Source: Polyangiaceae bacterium
GTDB taxonomy: Bacteria; Myxococcota_A; Polyangia; Polyangiales; Polyangiaceae
DNA length: 64,000 bases
NCBI GenBank assembly: GCA_965222375.1
Contig: CBDCTZ010000013.1
Location: forward strand, 448,001 to 512,000
Direction of reading: 5' to 3'
Under the pieces are notes generated by a model. The model made no database searches. It had not been told where the DNA came from and was given only the letters and a program-made list of their open reading frames with translations. Below, one piece after another: positions 9,221-19,017 of the stretch. The number at the start of each line of letters is the position of its first letter. The stretch's first letter is position 1. Position numbers and translations under genes: made by a program.

Positions 9221-11416
9221 GTGCGGATTCGACCCCTGGCTGCTCTCGGAGCTCTGGCCCTTCTGGCGATAAGCGCCCTCTTTCTTGGCGAAGGATTGAC
9301 CAATCTGGGGTTCTGGGAGCCCATGGAGCTCGCTTCCGCCGATCATGCCTTGGGCGTGTCGACCCATGTCTTCGGCACTCACCCGCCGGACGAGCTTCGC
9401 GTCCCGCGGCCGAATCTGGACGACCTCGGCCGAGGCGAACTGAGTGCGGATCTGATGGCCCTCGGCTTCCGAGTGTTCGGCGTCTCCGAACTAGCACCAC
9501 GAATCCCTTTGGTGGCATTCGGACTGCTTGGCGCCCTCGCCCTCGGGCTCCTGCTGGCGCGCTTCGCGGACGTCCGGACCGCGGTGTACGGCGTGTTGCT
9601 GCTGGTCGCGACACCGCTGTACTTCGTGCAAGCGCGAACCCTGGGCAGTGAAATCGTCACCACTGGGCTGGTCTCAATCAGCGTCGCCACGCTTTCCCTT
9701 GCCGTGATGAGCCCGCTCATGTCCCAGAGCCGGCGGGGAATCGCTGCGGCTCTCGGCATGATCTGCTGTGGGCTCGCAGTGTTGGATCGCGGTCTGCTGT
9801 TTGGGATCAGCGTGCCGACCCTCGCAGTGGGCGGCGGGTGGCTGCTCTGTCGCGCGGACGCAGAACAGCGCGATCGCCTTGGGGCCCGCTTGGGTCTGGC
9901 CTGCATCGCCGTCGGCGCCATCGCCGCAATCGTCGCAGCCGGCGCGCTGACGGTCGCCGCGCCCGGTCGTACGTCCCGCCTGCTGGGCTCGATCGTCTTG
10001 GATACCGCGGTCCGCCACGCCACCTTTGACGCAGTCTTTTCCCAGCTGGGCCACGCGCTGTTCCCACTCAGCGCTGTCCTTCCCTTCGCCTTGGCCATCG
10101 TGCTGACGCCGTTTCCAGAAAACGCTGAGGCAACCGAAAACTTTCGCGGACGCAGCCAACTACGAGCGGTGCTGGCCCTAACCACCATTGGTGCGTTCGC
10201 AGCTCATAGCTTTACCGCGGGACGACTCGGTCCCCTCACATTCATGGCGTCACCGGCACTGGCGGGCTTGACCGCAATGGCACTCCGAGATCTGGAAGAG
10301 AGACGCGCGGCGCTGCCGCTACTTGGGCTCTTGACCGTGGCGGTGTTGACCGTCTTGCTGCGAGATCTTGACCGACTGCCAGAGAAACTACTCACGCCGT
10401 TCCTGCCGGACGTGTCTGGCCTGCATGCCTCCGCGGGAGCTTCGACTCGCCACTGGACGCCGATTGCCGGCGCGATCTTCGGGGCATCCTGCTTACTTGG
10501 GCTGCTCTTGCCGCACGGCTGGGTTCGAAATCACTACAAGCTGCGAGGGGTGTGCGTGATGATAGGCTGTTTGTTCTCGGGCGGGATCCTGCGTTGGACC
10601 GTCTACGCGCCTCTCGCTGCGCAAGTGTCGCCACGCGAGGCCCTGACGCGGTACCGAAGCCTAGCCCAGAGCAAGGAACTGCTCGGTTTGCTGGGTGTGA
10701 GCTCGCGTTCGGCAGCCTATGCTGGTTCTGCAAGCGACTTCGTCGCGGCACGCCCCGTCGACGCCGTTGGTTGGCTCAACGCCTCGTCGGCGCGGCGATA
10801 CCTGGCCTTCCGAAGCGACCAACTACCACAGCTCAACGCGGCCTATCGAAACGCACAGCGGAAGCGGAAAAACCTACCGGTCGTCGGAACACGCTCCGGC
10901 CACGTTTTGCTGGGCGCAAACACGCTCCCGACTGGGCTGGCGAACGAAAACCCTCTCGAAAAGGTCGTACTGGCTCGGCGGCCCATGCCCCAGCACCCAG
11001 TCGGCGCAACTATCGGCGGCCGGGTTGCGCTGCTGGGTTGGGACCTGACGGACTCCCAGGGTCGAAGCCTCCCGGGTGCCGTCTCGAATCGGCGATTTCG
11101 CATTAGCGTTTACTATCGCGTGCTGAAGGGACCCATCAGCGGCGCCTGCACATTCCTGCACATCGACCACACGCCAACGCGCTATGCGCGCGAGGATCGC
11201 GAGTTCGCCAAGTACCCCTTCGGGCTCTGGCGCACCGGCGACTTCATCGCAGAGCGCGTCCAAGTGGAGTTGTCCCCCAACTTCACAGCGGGACAGTACT
11301 CGGTGTTTGCGGGCTTCGGCGTGCTGCCATGTTCGGACAGTCGCCGCCTACCGGTCGCGCGCGGGCAACATGATGGTCAAAACCGCGTTCGCCTCGGCCG
11401 CATCGCAATTGAGTAG
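9221..11416 (+). CDS. GT-C/ArnT-like (glycosyltransferase family 39) membrane protein with C-terminal soluble domain
   Basis: Polytopic hydrophobic protein with GFWEPMEL and FGVSELAPRIP (ArnT-like N-terminus); C-terminal beta-rich domain (LLGWDL...FLHID...W..G). Confidence 0.7.
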   Translation: MRIRPLAALGALALLAISALFLGEGLTNLGFWEPMELASADHALGVSTHVFGTHPPDELRVPRPNLDDLGRGELSADLMALGFRVFGVSELAPRIPLVAFGLLGALALGLLLARFADVRTAVYGVLLLVATPLYFVQARTLGSEIVTTGLVSISVATLSLAVMSPLMSQSRRGIAAALGMICCGLAVLDRGLLFGISVPTLAVGGGWLLCRADAEQRDRLGARLGLACIAVGAIAAIVAAGALTVAAPGRTSRLLGSIVLDTAVRHATFDAVFSQLGHALFPLSAVLPFALAIVLTPFPENAEATENFRGRSQLRAVLALTTIGAFAAHSFTAGRLGPLTFMASPALAGLTAMALRDLEERRAALPLLGLLTVAVLTVLLRDLDRLPEKLLTPFLPDVSGLHASAGASTRHWTPIAGAIFGASCLLGLLLPHGWVRNHYKLRGVCVMIGCLFSGGILRWTVYAPLAAQVSPREALTRYRSLAQSKELLGLLGVSSRSAAYAGSASDFVAARPVDAVGWLNASSARRYLAFRSDQLPQLNAAYRNAQRKRKNLPVVGTRSGHVLLGANTLPTGLANENPLEKVVLARRPMPQHPVGATIGGRVALLGWDLTDSQGRSLPGAVSNRRFRISVYYRVLKGPISGACTFLHIDHTPTRYAREDREFAKYPFGLWRTGDFIAERVQVELSPNFTAGQYSVFAGFGVLPCSDSRRLPVARGQHDGQNRVRLGRIAIE

Positions 11417-11421
11417 CTGTC

Positions 11422-14061
11422 ATGAACGCCGTGCCGACTGACGATACCGCAATCCCGACAGCCCCGCTGCATGGCTGGAGGGCACGCTTACTCGCGGCAA
11501 CCGTGGCGCTGTCATGTGCAGTCCTGATTCTCTTCTTGTTGGCGGCAAACGTAGGTTGGAGGTTCACCGCAGCCTGGGGATTGGCCGCGATGGTGCTGAT
11601 GTGCATCGCTACGCTTCACGCTCTGGGGGCATTCGCAGCGACCGGGGCATGCACACGCCAGGTGGAAGCCCGCGAGACCGGTCCGTCGCTCCGCCGGGCG
11701 TTGGGTGGCATCGCGTCGTTCTGGGTAGCCGTGGTCTCGTCAACAAACGGTGTCTTGCCGCCCTGGGCAAGCGCCGTGCTCGTGCCGGCCACGGCGATCC
11801 TCGCCGCTACATGCGTGTTCTCCTTCGGTCGAGCCATCGGCATGTGGAGCATCCGCGACGGCAGCCCAGCGCGCCCGATTCATCGCCGACACGGGTTCTG
11901 GTTGGTGGTGTTGGCGTGTACCGTCGCATTGCCCAGCCTAGGGAGCTTCAGCCTGACTGATCCGTGGGAGACTCACTACGGGGAAGTAGCTCGCGAGATG
12001 TTATCGCGACGCGACTTCATCTCTACCTGGTGGGCGCACCAAAGTTGGTTCATGTCCAAGCCGGTCCTGACGTTCTGGGCGCAGGCATTGTCCATGTCAG
12101 TGTTCGGCGTGCGCAGCGCCCCCGGCGCGATGCTCAACGGCGACTGGGGTCAACTCGCCAACCCCGAGTGGGCGCTCCGAATGCCGTCATTCTTGCTGGC
12201 CTTGCTGGGCAGTACAATTCTATACCGCGCAATAGCGCAGTCCGTAGGTCGCTGGGCGGGACTCTTGGCCGGGTTGGCGATTTGGACCGCGCCCCAGTGG
12301 CTGCTGATCTCCGAGCAGGCCGTGACCGACATGGTCCTCGTCGGACCGCTTTGCGGCTCGATGGGCCTATTCATTCTTGCCCTCAACACGCCACCCGAGG
12401 AGCTGGTACGGGCCACCTCGATAAGGCTCGGGCGAGGATGCTTTCGCCTGCATCTTGGTCACCTCGTGATGGCTGGTGTGCTGGCCTGCGTCGTCCCACA
12501 GCTTCTCAACCTCCTGTCGATGCACATAGAAGTCGACTTGCGAGGCTCATGGTCAAGCGTCCGTTTTCACGCGGATGAGTTGCTCGCTGGTTCGCCCGGC
12601 AACTGCGGCCTTGCAGGACAGCCTGTCTGCCGTTCCGTGGCCGTCGCTCACAAGGCCCTAGAACCCTGGCTTCAGGCCGCGCTGTGGGGGGGAGTATTGG
12701 TGGCGCTGTTGCCTGCGTTGCAGCGGCAGGAAGGTCGCCGATCGATTCTGCTGACCGGAGCATGGCTCCTCGCAGCCGTGGCGGCGGCAGCCAAGGGATT
12801 GGTCGGCATCGCACTCCCGCTTGGCACGGTTTGCATCACGCTCGCAGCAGCGGGGCGCTGGCGCGACTTGTGGCGATTGCATTGGGTGCGAGGGCTGGCG
12901 ATTGTCGCTCTGGCCGTCGGGCCTTGGTACTTGGCAATGCATGCGAGACACGGCCGGCTGTTCATTGATGAATTGGTCTTACGCCACATGATCAGTCGCA
13001 CGCTCTCGCATCTGCACGACACGAACGTGGGCATCGACGTCAGCTTCCGCTACTACGTCTGGCAGCTCGGCTACGCGCTGTTTCCTTGGGTGGGGCTCGC
13101 GCCAGCGGCGCTGCTGGTTGCGGCCAACCGTCAACGTGGAGCGCCTCGAGCACAACTGACATCGCACTTCTTGTTGACGTGGTTCGTCCTCGCTTTCGCC
13201 CTGGTGTCGTCAATGTTCACCAAGTTCCATCACTATATCTTCCCGGCGGTGCCACCGGTGGCAGCGCTGATCGGGGTCTTCCTCTCGCGCATTTTTCAAC
13301 CGAAAACGGCGGAGCTCGCCAGGCCCGAGCTGAACGGACGCTCGGACAGCGCGCTCGGAGTGCTCGCCATCGGCGGCGCCGTGTTGGTCGCACGCGTTGG
13401 CTACGATCTAACGGTTGATGGCTCAGCCGGAGGCGTTGATGGCCCTACACGGTTCATGCAGCTGTTCACTTACAACTACCGTCGCCCATGGCCGGATCAC
13501 TTGGAGTTCGGTCTGCATGTGCTTGTAGCGACCGTCGTCGCGACTACGCTGACGCTGATGATCGCGATCCCGAAGTGGCGTGGCTGGATACTGACGGCGG
13601 CGACAGTCGGCAGTCTTTGCTTCGGCCTGTGGCTTGCCAACAGTTACTTGCCGCGTTCGGCACCCCACTATGGCCAGCGCACCGTGATGGATGCGTTCTA
13701 CCTTAGTCGTACTAACGCGCAGCAGCCCCTCGTCGCTTATCAGCTCAATTGGAAGGGCGAGAACTTCTACACTGGCAACCACGCTGTGCTCTTCGTCTCG
13801 AGCGGTGCCAAGTTCGTCAAGTACATGGAGCATCAAGCAGCCTCAGGCCAACATGTATTGCTAGTTGCCCTGGAGCACGGCAGGCTGGCCACTCTCCGGC
13901 GAGAGGTGGGTGCGCTGGGTAGCGTCGAAAAAGTCACCTCACGTCTGGATAGCAATCAATTCTGCTTGGCACGCGTCACCCTTTACCAACCGCCCACAGC
14001 TCAGCGAAGCGAGCGTTGCGAGGCAAGGTGGGAGTCGGCTGGCTGCCCATCACCACGGTAA
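11422..14061 (+). CDS. Glycosyltransferase family 39 (ArnT/PMT-like) protein
   Basis: LTDPWETHYGEVAREM, FMSKPVLTFW, EWALRMP, AKGLVG and TKFHHYIFP motifs; many TM helices; 5 nt from the previous gene. Confidence 0.85.
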   Translation: MNAVPTDDTAIPTAPLHGWRARLLAATVALSCAVLILFLLAANVGWRFTAAWGLAAMVLMCIATLHALGAFAATGACTRQVEARETGPSLRRALGGIASFWVAVVSSTNGVLPPWASAVLVPATAILAATCVFSFGRAIGMWSIRDGSPARPIHRRHGFWLVVLACTVALPSLGSFSLTDPWETHYGEVAREMLSRRDFISTWWAHQSWFMSKPVLTFWAQALSMSVFGVRSAPGAMLNGDWGQLANPEWALRMPSFLLALLGSTILYRAIAQSVGRWAGLLAGLAIWTAPQWLLISEQAVTDMVLVGPLCGSMGLFILALNTPPEELVRATSIRLGRGCFRLHLGHLVMAGVLACVVPQLLNLLSMHIEVDLRGSWSSVRFHADELLAGSPGNCGLAGQPVCRSVAVAHKALEPWLQAALWGGVLVALLPALQRQEGRRSILLTGAWLLAAVAAAAKGLVGIALPLGTVCITLAAAGRWRDLWRLHWVRGLAIVALAVGPWYLAMHARHGRLFIDELVLRHMISRTLSHLHDTNVGIDVSFRYYVWQLGYALFPWVGLAPAALLVAANRQRGAPRAQLTSHFLLTWFVLAFALVSSMFTKFHHYIFPAVPPVAALIGVFLSRIFQPKTAELARPELNGRSDSALGVLAIGGAVLVARVGYDLTVDGSAGGVDGPTRFMQLFTYNYRRPWPDHLEFGLHVLVATVVATTLTLMIAIPKWRGWILTAATVGSLCFGLWLANSYLPRSAPHYGQRTVMDAFYLSRTNAQQPLVAYQLNWKGENFYTGNHAVLFVSSGAKFVKYMEHQAASGQHVLLVALEHGRLATLRREVGALGSVEKVTSRLDSNQFCLARVTLYQPPTAQRSERCEARWESAGCPSPR

Positions 14062-14766
14062 GCTGGCGGAGTGAGCGCGCGCGATTTGGTGTGTGCGACC
14101 TACCTAGGATTGATCATCGGTCCCGAAGAGCGTGAACGTCGACCGCGCCGTCGCCAGCGTCATCGCCATCTTTTTCGGGATCCCGCTTTGGCATGCGGCC
14201 CTCGACCCCGCTTCAGTTCAAGACTTGTGCGCTACGGCCCTCGAAACCGTGTGGGCGGGGCTACGCGCTGGCAGCTAGAAGCCCCTGAGTGGCGCCGCAG
14301 GGACCGGAGTGCGCGGGATTGGCGTCGACAGGGAAGGCGCATCACCGTCATGATGTAATGAAGTCTAGCCGTGTCCCTCCGCAGCCTTGCCGCACACTGG
14401 CGGGCAAACCGCCCAAGTTTCGCTACTGCCACGCCAACGCACCGGTGAGCGGAACTTGCGTGTCCTGGCCTTCAGTAACCCAAGGCTACTGCTGCGCGCT
14501 ATAGAACGCCTCACGCTCGCGTCGATGCGGCCGTGCGGAACGCGTGGGGAACGACCGGCCAAGGCGGACGAAAAGCCCGTCGATTCCTCTTGACGAATTC
14601 AAGCGCTTCCGAAATCACGTGAAGTTTGCGCGTTCCGGCCGATTCATCAATGCGTGCGCGCAACCCGTGCGGAGATTCGCTGCCAGATCCAAAACCCGCA
14701 GCCGCGTGCAAGTTGATCGAGCGCATGTGTGTATACTGATCGCTTCCGCATCAGGAGGAGACGAGG

Positions 14767-15741
14767 ATGGGATCGAAGGGAAACGGCGGCCTAACGGAAA
14801 CCGCGCAAGCGGGTGAACCGGAAGAAGTCCTGGCTGGCGTAGTGGCCGCAGAGACGGAAGAAGAGTTGGTGACCGCAAAGTCGAAGGACGCCAGCAAGCG
14901 ACTTTCGCAATCCGACCTGCGCCGCGTCACTTCCCGAGAGGGTCTGATCGAACTCCTGCGCTCCCGAAAGGTGGATCTCAAGAAGGTCGTGGGCGTTTTG
15001 CGCTACGAAGAGGATCTCGCCCTGCTTCAGGTCGAACTCGTCAAGCTGCAACGCTGGACGGAGAAGCACGGCAAGCGCATTGCCATCTTGTTCGAGGGCC
15101 GAGACGCCGCCGGCAAGGGCGGCACCATTCGCCGCTTCACCGAACATCTCAATCCCCGCGCCCTGCGCGTCGTCGCATTGCCCAAGCCCACCAAAGAAGA
15201 ACAGGGCCAATGGTACTTCCAGCGCTACACGCAGCAACTGCCCAAACCGGGCGAACTCGTGTTCTTCGATCGCAGTTGGTACAACCGGGCTGTCGTCGAG
15301 CCGGTCAACAAGTTCTGCAACCGCGCTCAATACGACACCTTCATCCGGCAAGTGCCCGAGTTCGAGCACATGCTCTACGAAGATGGGATGCACATCATCA
15401 AGTTCTGGTTTTCCATCTCTAAGCAGGAACAACAAGAGCGCTTCGACTCACGCCGCAAGAATCCTCTCAAGCAGTGGAAGCTCAGCCCTGTGGACGACCG
15501 CGCCCAAGAGCTCTGGGATGAGTACACCCGCTACAAAGAGGAGATGTTCGCCCGCACCCATACCTCTTTCAGCCCCTGGGTGATCGTCAAAGCGAACAAC
15601 AAGAAGCGCGCACGGCTCGCCGCCATCCGCCACGTGTTGAGCCTCTTCGACTACGATGGCAAAGAAGATGCGGCGATCGCTCTTACCCCGGATCCGAACC
15701 TGGTTGGGCGCTTCCACCGCCGCGCCAAGATCATCGACTAG
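14767..15741 (+). CDS. ppk2: Polyphosphate kinase 2
   Basis: FEGRDAAGKGG Walker A, FDRSWYNRA, WKLSPVD; AGGAGG/GAGG RBS. Confidence 0.95.
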   Translation: MGSKGNGGLTETAQAGEPEEVLAGVVAAETEEELVTAKSKDASKRLSQSDLRRVTSREGLIELLRSRKVDLKKVVGVLRYEEDLALLQVELVKLQRWTEKHGKRIAILFEGRDAAGKGGTIRRFTEHLNPRALRVVALPKPTKEEQGQWYFQRYTQQLPKPGELVFFDRSWYNRAVVEPVNKFCNRAQYDTFIRQVPEFEHMLYEDGMHIIKFWFSISKQEQQERFDSRRKNPLKQWKLSPVDDRAQELWDEYTRYKEEMFARTHTSFSPWVIVKANNKKRARLAAIRHVLSLFDYDGKEDAAIALTPDPNLVGRFHRRAKIID

Positions 15742-15809
15742 ATAAGCTGAGGGCGCGCTCAACATTGCGCGTTTTTGGAGCTCAACCCAGCGCGGAGGGC
15801 AGTGCGCGC

Positions 15810-16883
15810 CTACCCGACAAGGCGCGAGGTTTCGTCACCCTGAGCGGACAGGCGTTCGACGATTTCCGTCAGCTCGAAGGGCTTGTAGATGCAGCCGAGC
15901 ACGCGCTCGGCCACGGCGTCGGGGATGCGATTGGCCGAGCCGCTGATCAGCCACATGCGAACTGACTCACCCTTGCTCGCAATTCGATTCAGCGCTTCTG
16001 TGGGGTCGCCAGCGATAGGCGACAAATCTACCAAGGCAACGTGGATATCCGACAGGTGTTCGATGTCCTCCGCACAGTCGATACAGTGCACCTTTGCGCC
16101 GCGAGAGGACAGGCCGAGATCCAGCAACGCACGGACGGCAGCGTCGTCTTCCAGCACGGCGACCCGCATGCCATCGAGGGAGGCGCGACGCGGTGCTACA
16201 TGCCGGGCACCGCTGGGAGTATCCGTGGTCGGCCACAGCAGCTGAAAGCACGCCCCGGTGCCCGACGCGCCCAGGCGCAGCTGGCCTCCCAGGCTCTCGG
16301 TCAAACGATGGGAATGCGGCAAGCCGAGGCCCACACCACCGGGGCGAGTGGAGTGGCGCTCCTGAAAGATTGTGGAAGCGCGAGCTTCGTCGACGCCAGG
16401 TCCCTGGTCTTGAACAGTGAATTGCACGCAGCCGGAGTCGTCGTCGACGAGCTGAACCTCCAGCAAGACTTCGCTGTCGTCGGGGGAGAAGGCTACGGCG
16501 TTGAGCAGCAAGTTCAGCAGCACCTCCATGGCGGAGCTGGGATGGGGCAGGAGCACTTCGGCATCCCGGGGTGCCTCCACGCGCACTCGAACGCCCTTGC
16601 CCGCCGCCTGCGGCTCCACGGCGCGGGCCACGGCTAGTGCAAGATCGCTCGCATCCCGCTCCGGATCTCCCGGGCACTCGGCGCCCAGGGCCGAGCGCGC
16701 CAGGCGGCGCCCTAGTTCTGCGTGAGTGCGCGCAACTTCGATCGCAGCGGCGGCATCGTGGTTGGTGGCGCGGCCTCGAGCCAACTCCAGCCAACCCACG
16801 ACGACCGTGAGCGCATTCGACACCTCGTGCAGAGCCGACGCGAGATCCGCGCCGTCGTCCGAATCACCGTCGCCCAGCTTCAC
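15810..16883 (-). CDS. Hybrid histidine kinase/response regulator without an obvious sensor domain
   Basis: H-box ALHEVSNAL, N-box NLLLNA, G boxes DQGPGV and GVGLGL; receiver LEDD...LVDL...KPF. Confidence 0.85.
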   Translation of the reverse strand: MKLGDGDSDDGADLASALHEVSNALTVVVGWLELARGRATNHDAAAAIEVARTHAELGRRLARSALGAECPGDPERDASDLALAVARAVEPQAAGKGVRVRVEAPRDAEVLLPHPSSAMEVLLNLLLNAVAFSPDDSEVLLEVQLVDDDSGCVQFTVQDQGPGVDEARASTIFQERHSTRPGGVGLGLPHSHRLTESLGGQLRLGASGTGACFQLLWPTTDTPSGARHVAPRRASLDGMRVAVLEDDAAVRALLDLGLSSRGAKVHCIDCAEDIEHLSDIHVALVDLSPIAGDPTEALNRIASKGESVRMWLISGSANRIPDAVAERVLGCIYKPFELTEIVERLSAQGDETSRLVG

Positions 16884-16959
16884 ACAGAACAGAATATTAC
16901 ACCCTGGGGCGAAGAGCCAGGAGCAGGAAAACCAAGGCTAATAGTCTGTTGGTCCGGGG

Positions 16960-18894
16960 CTAGTTCAGCTTGGCGGGCAGAAGCAGAGTGAACGTCCCAT
17001 CCGCTTCGGCGCGGGCTTCCGCGACCTGAAGCACGCTCTGAGCGTCTTTGGGGTCGTCGGCATAGCCCTGGTCCGTCATGAACACGTAGGCGCGAATGAG
17101 GGCGCCGGGGACGACGACTTCACCGGGAACGCTCACCGTACCGTTGTATGCGACCGGCAGCGGCAGCTTGAGCTCTCCCAACTCGTGCAGGGGACTGTTG
17201 ACCGCAACGTTGGGGCGGACCGACCACGCGAAGCCGCTTTGGCTCTCGGGACGAATCGAGAGATCGAAGGTCCCGGGGTCGGATTGCAGAACAAAGCTGC
17301 CGTCGGAACCGACCACGGCAGTGACGGCCTGGGGCTTCAGAGGCGCGGTGCCGGCAGCCACGAGCAGGGGCTCGATGTCGACGGGTGATGGAATCGCATG
17401 TACGGGCGCGCCGTTGAGGGGTGAACCAGTGGGTGACAGCGCCGTCCCCGCCAAGTCCGATGCAGCCTCGACAGTGAGGGTCTTGCCCTTTTGCTGCAGC
17501 GGCTGCTTACCGACCTCGAGGGTCCGTACAGTCTGTGCCAAACCCGAGCCTGGAGGTGGCACGATGTAGACGTCGTACTCGCCCGGCAACAAGTCGACAC
17601 CGAACGCTCCATCGCTGGCCTCTGCGCTCCGCTCGAACGCGAACAGGGTACCCGAATTCAGGAAGCCGAGCTTCTTGGCAACGAACTTCAGGGTCGTCTT
17701 GCCCTTGACCAGCTTGCCAGCGCCGGTCTCGACGAAACTGCCCACGATGGATACGGCCTGAGGCACGCCGTCCAATTGATCGATGACGCCTTCTCCAACA
17801 CTGAAGGCGTCGAGGGTCGCGCGCTCCAGCACGATCGTGGGTGCCAACACCTCATCCGGGGGGCGCAGCCGAACCAGCTCTTTGCCGGCCGCCGTCCCCT
17901 CCCCGACCACGGGCGCGTATTCCACGTTTGCGCAGAATGGCGCTTTGGCGTCTGGGCAGTCCGGGTTCGGTTTTCCGTCCTTGTCGAGCTTCGGTTTGAC
18001 GATTGCGGGCGCCGACAGGACGCGACCGGTAGCCGGATCCATGACGTCCACGCTCCAGCCATCCAGGCTCTCGAGGGCGTTCTCGCTTGGCACGCTAGTG
18101 CCCGGAGCAGTCCACTCGATCTCGACAATCAACTGACTCGGGGGTGGCGACACCAGGGGCAGTGCGACCGAGCCGGCTTCGATGGTGACGCTCTTGAACA
18201 ACTGCGGCACGACGGTGCAGGGGTCAGAGCTCGAAGGGCCAGCAGCGCTCTTGTTGCCCTTGGCCACCAAGTCCTGGTCGGGCTCGACGTAGACGTCGTA
18301 TTGACCCGCAGGCATCTTGAGCTCAAAGGAAAACTCGCTGCCGACCTTTTCCGCGTTGGTCGTGTAGGCTTGAGTTGGCAAGCCCAGAAGTCGCTCGCTG
18401 GGGGTGAGCGTGAGTTTGACGGGAACCGTGGCGCCGCCGTTATAGTCAAGGCTGCAGCTTTTCTGATGACTGCCGCGGGTGGGGGCTACGGTCCCCTTCA
18501 CGGTGGAGACGACATCCAACTCGAGTTTCAGCTCTGGGTCGCCGCCCAACGCCAGCCCGGTTTGGGTCTTCAAGAAGCGCACCCCGGAAAATTCCGTCGC
18601 CGATGCAGGCGCCGTGATTTCGAACATCACCGTGGAAAATTGACCTTGCTCTGCGACGCACGTGCCGGCACGGCAGGTCCCCCCTCCGCCGCAATCCGAC
18701 GCCACTTCGCACTGGTTCTGAGGTGTGCCAGCCAGCGAATCATCCTCGGAGGCGACGCTGCAGCCGCCCAGAGCGACCGCACCGAACAGCAGCGTGAGGG
18801 CGGCAACGATCCCATCTGGGCGGCGGCCCGAAGCCCGAGTCAGCCCAAATTCGGGCCTCCGGGGCGGGGGGCTGCCGGCTGGGACACGTGCCAT
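16960..18894 (-). CDS. Lipoprotein with carboxypeptidase-regulatory-like beta-sandwich domains
   Basis: Hydrophobic stretch ending ALGGC, short Cys cluster, repeated GxFxL/PGxYDV motifs. Start uncertain. Confidence 0.7.
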   Translation of the reverse strand: MARVPAGSPPPRRPEFGLTRASGRRPDGIVAALTLLFGAVALGGCSVASEDDSLAGTPQNQCEVASDCGGGGTCRAGTCVAEQGQFSTVMFEITAPASATEFSGVRFLKTQTGLALGGDPELKLELDVVSTVKGTVAPTRGSHQKSCSLDYNGGATVPVKLTLTPSERLLGLPTQAYTTNAEKVGSEFSFELKMPAGQYDVYVEPDQDLVAKGNKSAAGPSSSDPCTVVPQLFKSVTIEAGSVALPLVSPPPSQLIVEIEWTAPGTSVPSENALESLDGWSVDVMDPATGRVLSAPAIVKPKLDKDGKPNPDCPDAKAPFCANVEYAPVVGEGTAAGKELVRLRPPDEVLAPTIVLERATLDAFSVGEGVIDQLDGVPQAVSIVGSFVETGAGKLVKGKTTLKFVAKKLGFLNSGTLFAFERSAEASDGAFGVDLLPGEYDVYIVPPPGSGLAQTVRTLEVGKQPLQQKGKTLTVEAASDLAGTALSPTGSPLNGAPVHAIPSPVDIEPLLVAAGTAPLKPQAVTAVVGSDGSFVLQSDPGTFDLSIRPESQSGFAWSVRPNVAVNSPLHELGELKLPLPVAYNGTVSVPGEVVVPGALIRAYVFMTDQGYADDPKDAQSVLQVAEARAEADGTFTLLLPAKLN

Positions 18895-19017
18895 CACCCC
18901 TCCTCTAAGCGACGGGCGTGCCATGGGCCTTTTGTGCGGATCCAGGCGATTTTGCACGCTTTGGGGTCTGACATGGCTGTCGCGCCGCTGGGTCTACCTC
19001 GCAGCGGGGGAGCACAT

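Noticed and set aside
14280..14766. Possible ncRNA or riboswitch upstream of ppk2
   Set aside because: Only small GC-rich hairpins are present, with no recognisable family motif and no second copy to compare.
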